Part shown: one piece after another, positions 37,346-50,446 of the stretch
How the letters are laid out: each line of letters begins with the position of its first letter
Numbering within the stretch: the stretch's first letter is position 1
DNA from: Mobula hypostoma
Lineage: Eukaryota
Direction: 5' to 3'
DNA length: 64,000 nucleotides
Assembly: GCF_963921235.1 (NCBI RefSeq)
Contig: NC_086106.1
Span: forward strand, 21,576,001-21,640,000
Notes under the pieces: generated by a model
What the model was told of the DNA's origin: nothing
Databases searched by the model: none
Seen by the model: only the letters and a program-made list of their open reading frames with translations
Position numbers and translations under genes: made by a program

Positions 37346-38860
37346 CTGCCATGGTCCGGTCCGTGAAGTCCGTATTCCGGTTCACAATCCAGTTCATAAT
37401 TCCTTATTCCAGGGTTTCTGGTTTTCGCCAGTTTCTGTTGCAGGCACATGATTCTCGCTTTGCTGCTGAGACATAAATACCTCTGTAAACCAGGGATTCC
37501 CTGCTGGACTGTTCTGTTCCCCTCCCTTTCTTTGCCCCTCACCTGACTCTCTGCCTGGATTCCTCGTCTGACGCTCTGCCTGGATTCCTCACCTGACTCT
37601 CTGGCTGGATACCTCGCCTGACTCTCTGCCTGGATACCTCGCATGACTCTCTGCCTGGATTCGTCGCCTGACTCTCTGTTTGCTCAACTAGCCCGGATAC
37701 CACGCCTGTATCACTGAAGTTCCCAAACCATGTCCAGTTCTGTAGCCTCGTCTCTTCCTCGCCTAGTTCTGGACTCCGACCCCGAGTCAAGTCCCAGGTT
37801 TTGTGTCCTTGCCCAGTCTCTGGCTCGGAGTCCACACCCAAGCCTCGAAGTATCTTAGAACCAAGTCCAAAATCCCCAAGCCTGTCTCCAACCCCCAAGA
37901 CCCCAAGCCTCTCTCCAAGTCTCAAACTTCAAGTCCCCAAACCTGTCTCCAGCCCTTAGGCCTCAAGACCCTAGGCTATCTCCAAGCCTCAAGCCTCAAT
38001 AGTTCAAGCCTGTTTCCAAGCCTCAAGGATCGACCCCAACCATGTCTCCAAACCTCAAGCGACAAGATTCCAAGCCCGTCACCAAGCCACAAGCCTCAAG
38101 ACACCAAACCTGTCTCCAAGCCTCTAGCCTCAAGACCCCAAATCTGGCTGCAAGCTTCTAAACTCTAGACCCCAGTCTCCAGTCCTGCAGTCATGTCATG
38201 TCCTTGCCTAGGTCTGGCGCTCGAGTCCGAGGGCAACCCAGGTTGTGAGTCGTTGTCGAGTCTCTGGCTCGAGGATAAACCCCAGGCTCCTAGTTCATAG
38301 TTCCTTGTCCTGCTTCCCTCTTTCTTGTTCATGTCGAAGCCCAGGTCCTGCATCCTTGTCTAGCCCTAATACCTCAGTGTCTGTGTCTCGCATTTGAGCC
38401 CGTTTCCGAACGCCCCCCATTGTGACAGAACAGCCCAGCCAGACTTAGACCCAGCGACGCAGACACTTTCGGTTTACTCTCGCCTTCCAGGTTCTCTCTT
38501 GTCCAAGGACCCCGCCCCCACCTGCCCGTGTCGACCATATCTGGGAAAGTTTTTGTATCTCCAGGTGACTCCCATAGAGGAGTGGGGTGGGGGTACTGTC
38601 ATTGTCTTGTCTGTAAAGTCAGTATTCCCGTTCACGGTGCGGTCCATAGTTCCTTATTCCAGGGTTTCAGTTTCATTTGTAGGCACATATTGTCCTTTTG
38701 GGGCTGAGACATATATACCTCTGCAAACCAGGGATTCCATGCTGGACTGTTCTGTTCCCCTACTTGCCTTCCCCCCACTCGCCTGACTCTCTGCCTGGAC
38801 TCCTCGGCAAACTCTCTGCATGCCCACCTAGCCTGGATACCCCGCCCGTATACACAGCCT
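37345..38860. repeat. Direct-repeat pair (about 37350-37710 and 38610-38855), LTR-like, with an internal 25-bp minisatellite
   Basis: Shared blocks such as ttccttattccagggtttc...ctgagacat..atacctctg.aaaccagggattcc.tgctggactgttctgttcccct. The 25-bp unit CCTGACTCTCTGCCTGGATTCCTCG occurs about 5.5 times at 37542-37679. The middle is CCAAGCCTC-rich. Confidence 0.8.
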
Positions 38861-39179
38861 GTATGGCTGAGGTTTTACAACCGGAGGAAGACCAGAGGCT
38901 TGTTAGGTCAAGATAAGGAACTGCCTTTCGTGGTGTGGAATTGTGTCGTTCTGTCCACGCCTTCGGTAGGTAGGTCCGCCCGTTTACCGCTACCTAGTGT
39001 TGGGAACTGTCTCCGTGTCCTCGCCTTCGCAACGTGGGTCTGGCCTTTTGCCACCACCTCGTGTTAGATCAGACTCTTCATGTTCAGCATTATGTGTATG
39101 AATCCCGGCACTACGTCCTGTTCCTAAGCAGGGGTCACGGCGCTGTGTTCCGTGCTCCCGTCACTTCTAGTCGAAAGCT

Positions 39180-39400
39180 CCGTGCCAATCAGGTCCTGTC
39201 TTTGCAAAATCAATTCTGCTCAGCATGTTGGATCCATTTCTTTCTAGATGCTTCGGTATTTCTTCAGGCATTTTCTTATCTACAGACGATAGTTAGATTC
39301 CTTTTCGCTAGATCTTTTGTTTTAAACAGTGGCGTGACATTCGCCTTCTTCGAATCCGTCGGAACCAGCCCGGAGTGCAGAGAATTGTTGTTAGTTATCA
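39180..39400 (-). mobile_element. CR1 RT fragment
   Basis: Minus strand VPTDSKKANVTPLFK corresponds to the CR1 motif VP.DWK.ANVTPLFK. Confidence 0.6.
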
Positions 39401-42400
39401 CTAAAGCCTCAACTGCAACTTTTGCCACCACTATATCAATTGCAACTCCCCGAGGGAAACCAGGGCAGGCCGTGGCACTGCGTCCACATCAACAACGCAA
39501 GTCGCCATAGATTCAGGCGTCCGAGGATATTGTTTGTGCTCACACCAGCATCCACCTTAAAAGTCTGTACTTGTACTCAACACACCACGGCACCAACGCT
39601 CTGCTGGTGGGGAAATTGCGTTTCAAGTCGCACCTTCGGATTATACGCTTGGCATGCACGGAACACTATTCCTTAAAGCATTCAGTCCACCTCTATCCAT
39701 CAGATCCTTTCTTGCATTTACCATATGCTGGTTCGCAGTTGACGTGAACAGAGTATACCATCCTATCAAACCCGGAAACGGAATGCCATAATCGGAGCAG
39801 CGAGGTAACTTCCCCTCACATTACTTTCTTTGTCATCAGAGGGATCGACCTTAGTAGCAGCGCATCAATGGTCCAGAAATGATTCATCATAGACATTCAG
39901 TGACATGTCCCGTCAGTCCAGATCGCACATTCAAAACCCTTACCCAGGAATGTTTCAGTGGATCTCACACCACAAGTCATTAGAAACGCAATTGAAAAGT
40001 GCCTCTGTGATACCGGTTTCTCTATGAAAGCGAATTAAACATAGAAATGCAAGGAATTCGACATCAACGATAGATGCCAGATCGAAAATCATTCATTTCA
40101 AAAAATCGCAGAGTAAAAGTTCTGCTGTCGCGAAAGCTGAATAAACAGGAACATCGAAGATATTTCCCATGACAGGACAGAACATAAACAATTGACCCCA
40201 AAATCCCTTCATGGACGATGCTAATAGACCACCTGTTAAACGGACTGGAACATTCGATTAGCTCCTGAAATCGATCCATCAAATCTCGAAGGAGATCGGA
40301 TACATGCAGCTTCAGTTTAACCGATCATCTTCTGCTGTCCGGTTTGTCTAATTATTGACTTCAGAATGGGAGATATTTAGTATATAAACCGTTTCTCTTT
40401 CGAGACAGAAGTGCAAGGCAATGCATTACCGTGTGTTTTCAATTGGTACAGACTATGAGGTGAAAATCTAATGGAGAGACTTACTTAGTCTCCTCTCGGT
40501 GCCCATATTGCACAGAAACGAAGTGCTGTTCATTATCCATCAGTATCTCCAATACGTGGTATGAATGATGATGTTACACAGAATATCGCAGACTGAAATG
40601 GGAGACACGAGGCTTTGACGAAGTAAGCATTTGAACATGGCAATGCTTATTTGATGTTTGATACCCAGATCTCCTCAACTGGCCGGCAGTACTGAGTGTT
40701 ATCTGCACAGAAGTGTCTCTGTGTATAGAGGTGCTGCATGTTATACTGTTCGTTTGATTTTCGGACGTTCTCTGTTAAAGCTGGCGTTAATGCAGCTGAT
40801 AACAGTGACCAATATGTACGAAAGGGTTATGAAGACTACGTCCTGATCCAGAGCGAAATCTGCAACAATCTGTTAAAAGACAATGCAGTGGAATGGAGAG
40901 GCAGAGGTCTGCACAGCGGCTCACATTTCTTTACTGGCTACTAAACAGTTTTCTATCACCGGCAGTGTCTTTGCGCTTAAAGGCGGCATTGAGTCATTCA
41001 GCAACAGCGATATGATGGCCCAGCTGGCAAATTTCGAAGAACTGTGTTGTATCATAGTTTAACAATCCCTTGCAACGTTGGGTTCTTATATGAAGCTCTG
41101 GGATAGTTCAAAAACATCTGCGCATTTACAGTATATTTGGCTCCGAGCAAAGCAGATGTCACAGCTGGAGTTTAGAGTTGGCTTTTCTCTTTCTGTCTCA
41201 TAGTCATAGTCGTAGTCATACTTTATTGAACCCGGGGCAACTCCAGTATTGAGGACTGTGATTGAGTGGCAGTGCATAACTACACGAACCTGTAAAATTC
41301 ATCAGGCTAGTAAGTACGTTCGACGGACAGAAATACACTAGCTTCAACGGAAGTAAAAAAAAAAAACACTCACAAGGTATGCGATTTGTCCGGGCAACAG
41401 CAGATTTTGCTTCGAAGGAAGAGGCGGTAGAATACACACTGATCATAAAATAGAATGGCAAGGAATAACGCAGGGAGCCATTGTATTATGCTCCTGTATC
41501 CGTCATTACTCTGTCGCTGAAGTGCAAGGTGGGAGCAGAAATATGCATTAGGTCACCCAGTACAGTGCTATGCAAGCAATGAGTGGCCAAAGTCGGAGGC
41601 CTGGTATTGCTCGAACAGAACCTGAAATACAAGGCCTTACATTCTACTACATCTTGAAATAGAGGGCAGAGAGGATAGTTACGCAATAGAGAATTTTTTG
41701 TGGTCAAAATGTGATAGCTGAACAAGATTTTTTAGACGAAATTAAAGCAAAGCCTGAGCTCACGATAACGCACTGATTATTTCATTAAACTACATTTCGT
41801 TGCATACGTACCACATATTCGAAATGACATAAACTCAACATATCCTCAGTTTTTGTGTGCTGTTAAACTAATCTGGTTGGTGTGAGAGTTGCTGAACGCC
41901 AAGCTCTAAACTACAACGAAGACATTAAACCCTATCAGATGTAAATAACCCCGAATATTCTCACTAAAAGGAAATGGCACTGTAACTACCCAATCTGGGA
42001 AGAGCAGTTAACTTTCCTGTGTAGACTCCACGACGCGTTCACCTGCCAATACGACCTATTCGAGCGCTATGTTCCTTTTCGTTACCACGGGGTAGATACT
42101 TCCAGCTAACACAGGAGATTAAAGCAGTTTATTTACATTTAGTGATGCATCCTTTAATGCAAACAACATGCTTAAAACACATTTAAAACTCACTAAGGCA
42201 CCTCCATCTTAAACAGCCATACATATTGAAGTTTGCAAAGCACAAATCATATTAAAATCACAAAGGACTTCCAAAGCACGGCTTCACTTTCTATAAACTA
42301 AAATGACGTAACGATGATGCAGAAGAAAATAAATTCCCATCGCAGAAATGGAAGCAGGCGAATACATTCTGGTTCAGTTCGTGTTTCTTCAATACTTCGT

Positions 42401-43420
42401 GATGTCTGTCAGCATTCCTAACGAGCTTTAAATGCTCCCTATATTGATGCAGTTCCTCTGCCACTTGGTTGTCTGCATACCCATATTAATTTATCTCAGA
42501 CACCATTTTGCCAGAGATAAAAAAAAACATGCATAGAAACAGTTCTCAACGACCTGTCAATATTTGTAAATCTAACTGAACTGCTTACGTATTCCTTCAA
42601 ACTTTAAACAAGTCATTTACTAATATGCTAAATGATATGTTAAATATTATTCGTGGGAACCTTACAAACGTTTGTTTCATCTTACCAATTGCAGCTGTTA
42701 TGTTTATAAAACGTTCTTGCCAAATCATGAGATCCAGCGGCCAAGAAAGCATATATGGATCCTAGAACACCCTTGCTAGGTCAAGATTTCTAACCCAGCT
42801 TCTTCCTACGTATATCAGCTTCGAGATCAAGACTCCTGCCAAGAATAACGTGGGCACTAACAATAACATTAATTCTATATTAGCCCAAAAAAAATTCAGT
42901 CCATAGGGATTAGTCCTGTGCATCTGATGGGTGGAAACTCCCATTAGTGTACTGCAATTTATCGTCCTGACACGAAGTCTGCCATCTGCATATGTTTCTT
43001 CCTATTCTGATGATTCTGGTCACTGGGTAGAACGGTATTTGACGTCCTGTTTGAAACTTCCTATTGAAAACCATAGGGCCGAAATGAAATGAAATGAAAC
43101 ATGCTTCCGACTTTTGAGTTTCCTCAGAAAACCTGAACTGAGCACGGGCGACTCATTGGGTTCTGTCAAACCATGGGATTTTATCAACCAAATATACAAA
43201 TATAAAACTTGTAATGCTAATGTCAAATATAACACAGTGGTCGTTGTCCAGTATATCCGACGATGACAATAATCCTGTGAGCAACATCTCGGACAGGTGA
43301 AACTACTTTGCACTGGGGCAGTTCACACATTCTATCCCAGAATTCTGAGTCCAGTGGCAAGAACAGCGTCACGAACTGGGGTCCTCATTGGTTGTACCGG
43401 ATAAACATTACATCTTCTGT

Positions 43421-43565
43421 ACCTCGCCCTGCCCTTTGCTTTCCACGAAGTTTTGCAGAATCGTGTCCTTACTGTTCGATCTCACTGTAGCTTTCATCCG
43501 CCCAAACCGCCGGAACTGACTTAGCATTCTAGAGCAAGCATGTCCCTGCCACACTGTTGTACGAA
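43421..43565 (-). mobile_element. RTE-type LINE fragment
   Basis: SKDTILQNFVESKGQG corresponds to the RTE C-terminal motif KTILQG.VEG.RRRGR. An inverted copy lies at 44435-44568. Confidence 0.6.
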
Positions 43566-44099
43566 GCCGCCAGCTTCTTTCACCTAGTTTAGTCTGCTCA
43601 TCGAAACCGCTTACCATGTTGTATCCGCTGTCACATTCAAATAGACTTGCAGCCACATGTAAGTGCTATATTTCCGGTGGGGACTAAATGTGAGCGAGTT
43701 ATCCCAGAATGAACAAGAAAAGTCCGTTTTAAAGCTGCTACAACTAAATGTACACACCGTGCACAATATCAGATATAACACAAATAGCAATACTAATAGG
43801 AATATTTGTTTCAGTATGGGAGTACTAAATTGACAATATATGCCTACAATCAAATATTAGGTGAAATATATTAAAATCCTTCTACAGCGTGACAATCACC
43901 AGAAAACCTGCAAATGTTGGGAATCAGAACAGCATCCACAAAGTGGTGGAGGAAATTAGCAGGCCAGGCAGGACTCAGGAGTCCGGCTGAACTGTTTCGG
44001 CTCGAAATGTCGACTGTATATATATATTTTTTCATATTTGCTGCCTATCCTGCTATATTAGAATTACAGAAAATGTATAGCATATTCCAAGCCCACAAT

Positions 44100-45560
44100 A
44101 TTGTGCCAAACATGCAAAATGCTCTAAAAGATGTCTCATAGCCCTTCATTTATTCTAAGATCCATGTATCCATCTAACAGTCCAATAAAAGATGCTATTG
44201 TATCCGCCACTATTGCTTTCACTGGAAGTGCATTCCAATCACCCACGACTCAATGTGTGAAAAGCTTACTTGTGACATCACGTTTGTACCTATTTCCAGG
44301 CACCATAAAACTATGCCTGCTCGTGTTCGACACTTCATCCCTGGGAATGAATGAATGAATGAATAAATTAATGAATCAATAAATCAGTCCGTCAATCAGT
44401 CAATCAATCAATAAATAAATACATAAAACGGCCCCGTACAACTGTGTGGCAGGGACATGCCTGTTCTGGAATGCGAAGTCCATTACAACAGTTCTATAGT
44501 GAGATTGAACTGTAAGGAAGACGATTCTTCAAAATTTCGTGGAAAGCAAAGGCCAAGGCCAGGCAAGGAGACGTTATGCTTTTCCACTATCCACACGATC
44601 AATGTCCCTCATCGTCTTATACATCTCTATCAGGTCACCCCTCATCCTCCATCGCTCCAAGGAGAAAAAAAATCCTGTTCACTCAACCTATTCTCATAAG
44701 AGTTGTTCTCAAATCAGGCAGTATCCTTGTAAATTTCTTCTGCACTCTTTTATAGCATCCACATCTTCCTGCAATGAGGTGACCTGAAATGAACATACTA
44801 CTCCGTGGTTCTAAGATCTTACATATCTGTATTATTACTTCACGGCTTCAGAACTCCGTCCGATGTTTGATGAAGGCCAAAGTACCATACAGCTTCTTAA
44901 AAAAACACTGTCAACTTGGGCAGCAGCTTTGAGTGTCTTATGAGCAGGGACTCCAAGATCTCGCTGATCCCCCATACAGTTAAGAGTCTTACCATCAATA
45001 TTATATTCTGTTTTCACATCTGACCTACCGTAATGAACTATTGCATACTTAACTGATTGCAACTCTACATGTCACTACTCAGTCCAGTTCTGCAACTTCT
45101 CGTTGTCTATTATAATCTCTAACTACCCACGCTTCTGATCTCTCGTCCAGTTCATTTATAAAAATCACAAAGATGAAAGATCCCAGAACAGATCCCTCCA
45201 GAACACCATAGGTCAACTTCCGCTATGCAGATCAAGATCCATCCGGAAAAAAACTTTGCCTTCTTTGCCTTCTGTGGTCAAGCCAATTCTCGATCATCAA
45301 ACCATGGTCTCTTTGGAACCCATGCCTCATTATTTTCTGTATAAGTCTCGCACGGATAACCTTATCAAATGTCTTACTGAATTTAATATACACTACATAC
45401 ATTGCTCTACCTTCATCAATGTGTTTTGTTCCGTCCTCAAACAATCCCATCAGTTTGACCTGCTCTACACAAAAAATATGCTGACTATCCCTAATCATAT
45501 TATGTCTCTTCTCCAGCAAATGCCCACCTCTGAACTAAGTCTCACTGTCCATATTTTTCA
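44100..45560 (-). mobile_element. CR1 LINE fragments interrupted by a (TGAA/TCAA)n microsatellite and an RTE fragment
   Basis: ORFs 44835..45062 (QRDLGV..HKTLK) and 45232..45519 (VYIKFSKTFDKV..WLDHRRQR) are CR1 RT motifs. Confidence 0.75.
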
Positions 45561-45601
45561 GGGTTATATCAGTCTGTCTGAAAATAAGCCGTTATAGTTT
45601 C

Positions 45602-46420
45602 ATCAACACACATCAAAGTTGCTGGTGAACGCAGCAGGTCAGGCAGCATCTCTAGGAAGTGGTACAGTCGACCTTTCAGGCCGGGACCCTTCGTCAGGGC
45701 TAACTGAAGGAAGCGCTAGTAAGAGATTTGAAAGAGGGAGGGGGAGGGACAGATCCAAAATGATAGGAGAAGACGGGGAGGCGGGGAGGGAGGGATGGAG
45801 CTTAGAGCTGGACAGGTGTTTGGCGAAAGGGATATGAGAGGATCATGGGGCAGAAGGTCCAGGGAGAAGGAAAAGAGCGGAAGGTGGGGAACCCAGAGCA
45901 TGGACAAGGGGTATAGTGAGAGGGACAGAGGGAGAAAAAAGGAGAGAGATTAAAAACAAAAAGAACGTGTGTATATAAATAAATATATAACGGATGGGGA
46001 CCCACCTCCCCCTCGTACCCCATCCGTTATGTATATACACACATTCTTTCTCTCACTCTCTTTTTTTTCCCTCTGTCCCTCTGACTATACCCCTTGCCCA
46101 TCCTCTGGGTTCCCCCCTCCCCCTTTTTCCTTCTCCACGAACCTCCCGTCCCATGATCCTCTCATATCCTTTTTGCCAATCACCTGTCCTGCTCTTGGCT
46201 CCATCCCTCTCCGTCCTGTCTTCTCCTATCATTTTGGATCTCCCCCCCCCCCCTCCTATTTTCAAATCTCTTACTAACTCTTCTTTCAGTTAGTCCTGTC
46301 GAAGGGTCCCGGCCTGAAACGTCGACTGTACCTCTTCCTAGAGATGCTGCCTGGCCTGCTGCGTTCACCAGTAACCTTGATGTGTGTTGCTTGAATTTCC
46401 AGCATCTGCAGAATCCTCAT
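45602..46420. mobile_element. Palindromic Penelope-like insertion with an 11-bp TSD
   Basis: Two diverged arms of about 390 bp in inverted orientation around a loop near 46000-46017. Flanked by GTTATAGTTTC at 45591-45601 and 46421-46431. Confidence 0.85.
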
Positions 46421-48777
46421 GTTATAGTTTCGGCAATAGTTTGTCTGTAGCAGGGCGTCATGCATGTCTTCAGTAATCCCCTGGCACCTTTATCTCGTCA
46501 CGCTGAAGTGTTCCAGCCTTGTTCTGAGCGACTGATAGTTGAATGATACCGAAACGTGGATAATAGTTTTGCTTACAACCTGTCTGTCGTTCTCATTCTC
46601 CCAATTCAACACTTCTCGCCTGCCTAGCTCGAACTGTTCATCATCACGTCACTCCATCCCTCGGTTTAACAACGATCTACGACCCTGTCTCTAATATGTT
46701 TGTTGTTGTGTTTATTTTTTTCCCCGTCATTTCTATACTTCATATCGAAACTAATCGGTACATTATTTTACTCAGTGGCAGATGCTGCTCAACTGGTCGA
46801 TGGTCTTGAGCGGCATTTTCCTATGTAGATGCTTGTTGAGGCAATGGCGCATTTATAATACAGAATTTAAATACAAAAAAAACCAAACAAACAAACATGT
46901 GCAGATTTTGCATTAGTAGCCGATGTCCGTCAAACTTACAATTTGCGTTATTATTTTAACACTACTGGGCACACTGACTGACGTGTTTTACATGCTCGCC
47001 ATACTAATCATTTGATCATATAATTACATGACGTAGAACTTTGAAGAATCAATAATAAAACAAAAACTAACAATGTTAGATTTGGAAATCGAAGAGCAAT
47101 GAGATACTAACCGGCGAAACCATAAGGTGGTGGACAGTGAGGTCAAGTAATAAACTAATCGTGTAAAGCGTATCATTAAACTAGCTGGACACTATCAGTC
47201 TCTCAGCCTAGTGCTAAGTGCTTTAAGGCTTATATATTTTATAACAGATAGGAAGCGGGGCGAGTGTAGTGAGAACGTTTCGATGCTAGCTGTCCTTGAT
47301 TAATCTTCCCTGCTCTCCGATGTTGCGAGAACTGTAGACCGAATCTATGAAGGGAAGGCTAGTTCTTGTGTTTCTGCCGGGCGTGGATACTGCAGTTGAT
47401 ATACCAAACATCAAACCATCCAGATACAATGTTTTCCTTGCTGCATCATTAGAGATTAACTGGCATCAATGAGTACCTGCCGATTTTTTTTTTTTGTTTT
47501 AAATCCTCCTTGTGCAACAGGAGCACTGCTTCTTTTTCTCCGCATAGCGTCAACAAATATGAAAACAATCAGGACATAGATTAAACTTACGTCCAGGAAA
47601 TTGGAACTCTCAATCCTGTCAATCGTCACGACAGTTGGGATAATCATAAACATATACAAAATGGCCGAACTATATTCCTGAAGTCAATGGCCGGCTGCAT
47701 TGTTATGTTAACATTAAGATAAAGGCTTTTAAAATGTTAACATATCTTTAGTCTCTCAAACTCATTTAAGCAATCCTACTCCTTGTTATTTGTGTTGTGG
47801 CTGGCTACGCAGGGGCCGTCTACAAGTATTTGTAAATGATACAGCAGGGTATGGCCATGGAATCGTGGGTCTAGGGTAATTAAGTTGGGAGGGGTGATCT
47901 GAGGACGTAGCGTTCTGGCGCACTAATCGTGAAAGACTTGTTCCTGCTTGTTAGATCGCCATCCGTTTTTCAGAAAATAAATGATCAAACTGCAAATGAT
48001 AATATTGAGTTCCTTGTCCAAGAGTGTTTAACTGGAATCTTGGGATTGAATGCGTAGTTGTGGTTAATAACCTATAGTTTAACGCAGGGGGATTTTTTTT
48101 TATGTGGAATGCTCCAGAGAGATGGCGTCTGTCATGCATCTGTTGCAGAGCTAGGTAGGTATACAGTCTCCCACAATAATCTGGATGAGGATCTGTTCCC
48201 TGCTCAGTGACACCCATTTACATTAACTAGGAAATTTCTGAACTAATTCAGTCGTGGAAACGATATATCATTCCTGTATTTAACTTGTTTTAATTTTCCA
48301 GGTTTTTAATCCAGGAAACGACACTTGAAATTCAAATGTCCTGTGGATTTCTCTGATTAAATGAAGAACCACATCTCTAATGTCTGATAATTTAAACCCC
48401 TGTTAATGTTATCAGTGTTCCTTTTGTATTTACTCGACCTGCTGGCGTCGTTTGGAGCTGGAAACTGTTCACTTCCATTTACGGCACTCTCCGCTGTCAC
48501 TCTCGAAATTCACCAGTTAACTACTGCCTTCACTTTTGAATCAATCCCTTCTTGCGCTGGTGTTGTTTTGCGGGTCAAGGATGGTGCATGTCTTGTCAGA
48601 GCAGTCAAAATTTGAATTTACTTCACTTCTCTTTTGCTTCGTGAAGCAGGTACTGATCGGAAGTTCATATGGTTTCTCTTTCACCTGCCTGTGAAAGGCT
48701 ACAAAAGTTCTACCTGCCGATTTAACACCGGGATCTGCGATGCCCTACGAGCACACACGGAATAGGATAATAAAGAC

Positions 48778-48816
48778 AGTTTTTGTGCTAGTATTCAATT
48801 GTTTTAATTCGCCGTG
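48778..48816 (-). other. 23-bp-spacer RSS of the conventional TCR V
   Basis: Minus strand: CACGGCG (48816-48810), 23 nt, ACAAAAACT (48786-48778). Confidence 0.92.
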
Positions 48817-49126
48817 AGGCTCAGGGCGCAATAATACACCGCAGTGTCTTTAATCTGGAGACCCCAGATAGTTAAGCTGAAGAGTGAAGTATCTGTCTGG
48901 AGATCTGCAGAGAAACGTTTTTGCAACAGCTCTCCTCTCATTTCTTGTGAGTTCCAAGAACGTCTCCACACAATAAACTGCAGTTTGCCCTGTGCTGATC
49001 GTCTGTACCAATGCAAATCATAGTTGAGGCTTGTGGTACTGTAGACACAGTTTATTTTCACCATTTCACCAGATCCTTTTTTCTCTAAAGTCTGTTTTTG
49101 AGTTACAGAAACGGCGGATATCTGAC
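48817..49126 (-). CDS. Conventional TCR alpha/delta V exon
   Basis: Acceptor cactttcAG at 49127, phase 1. Open frame QISAVSVTQKQTLEKKGSGEMVKINC-VYSTTSLNYDLHWYRR...RFSADLQTDTSLFSLTIWGLQIKDTAVYYCALS, followed by a 23-RSS. No extra Cys. Confidence 0.93.
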
Positions 49127-49414
49127 CTGAAAGTGGTTCAGGGTAAAAAGAAAAGCATAGCCGTTATTAGACGATGCCAGCGAACAACTATTAAGTTTTT
49201 AATATATTTTTTTTACCATAAAATCTGATATATCTAACCATGTTGAAGAACCTTGTGAACTACGTGACACTTTGTATGGAAAAGAACAACAGCTTACATT
49301 AAAAATTGCAAATCATTTATTCTTGCAGGGTTTCCTGAAATGCCTTCGTGATCAAACGTTTCTGTGAAGCAAGTCGAGAGAGCGACAGCCCCAAAACAAC
49401 TGTTTTATTTATTT

Positions 49415-49450
49415 ATGTATTTATTTATTTATTTATTTATTTATTTATTT
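49415..49450. repeat. (TTTA)n microsatellite
   Basis: Visible repeat. Confidence 0.85.
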
Positions 49451-50446
49451 TCAGGAATAAGGGATTCGAAGCCAGTGTATGGAGCTTTATTTATTTTAGT
49501 TTATTGACATACAACGGAGATTAGGCCCTTCCGCCCTTCGAGGCACGCAGCCGAGCAATGGCCAAATTTATCCCGCCAAATCTCAGGAAAATATACTCAA
49601 CGACCAGTTAACCTACTAACCGGTATTTGGGGATAAACCGCGGCTACTGGACAAAACACACACTATCACGGTGAGAGCGTAGCAATCCTTAAGGCAGCTG
49701 ACGGAATTCAGCCCTTGTCGTCTGTACTGTAAAGTGTAGTGTGAACCATTACTTTGCCGTGGCACCCTAACTAAACTGGTGTATGTATGTGTTTTGAACA
49801 TATTTACTGATGTTGCCAATTTTAACAGCACTATACTGTAAAGGAAGATAGGGCTCGTCAGCCGTGTTCGGCTACTCATCGAAACAATAGTGAAACTCTG
49901 ATTTTGCACAGCCACTGCTTTGCGGCTATACCGACTCACGTGGATTTTTTTTCCCCAGTAAACTCAGACGGAAAATGGGTACTTCGAGTTCTAACACAGT
50001 ATGATGTTGAGTTGAGTGCTGACTGCCAGCTACTGCGACGCCACTTCTGCCTAAATCATCTGTCTCTGCTGTTCCTCTGGATTGATTATCCGCGTGAAGA
50101 GGCGGTATCACCTGCATGAGCAAAAGGGTGCTCCTGATATTGTGCCATATTGGCTTGCGTAGCCACTTGGACTGATAGGATACAACATTCATGTGCGACT
50201 CTGGCAAACGGAGGGCCTGAACAGCGTACATGTGTGGAGAACTTACAGCAAAGAAAAATAAAACTTCAAAAACAAGGCTCAAGACTTCCTGGTCTCGCTT
50301 CTGAGTTGCCCGGTAAAACAGTTTAAGGACAACAACAGTGCATTAATCCAAGATTTAACAAGAATTAAGAATTGTTACACTTATGCACCGAACTAAATTG
50401 AATGATGTTAATTTCAGTTATCATATGAATGTGCAAAGATACTCAC

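Noticed and set aside
37542-37679. Regular repeats superficially resembling a CRISPR array
   Set aside because: They are head-to-tail 25-bp units with no unique spacers, in eukaryotic DNA; this is a minisatellite.
42762-42944. Short hydrophobic ORF (possible membrane peptide)
   Set aside because: It has no splice context or recognisable family and is expected by chance.
43600-43660. FECDSGY sushi/CCP-like peptide with a donor-like GTAAG
   Set aside because: It is a single short motif next to an RTE fragment, with no supporting exon structure.
49214-49320. Nearer leader candidates for the 49-kb V (MVRYIRFY; MICNF*)
   Set aside because: They are too short, non-hydrophobic or contain a stop. 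The 50447-50489 exon fits better.
49840-49900. AACACGG motif resembling the NAR J RSS region
   Set aside because: There is no nonamer at 23 nt and no YGxG/FGxG frame or donor.
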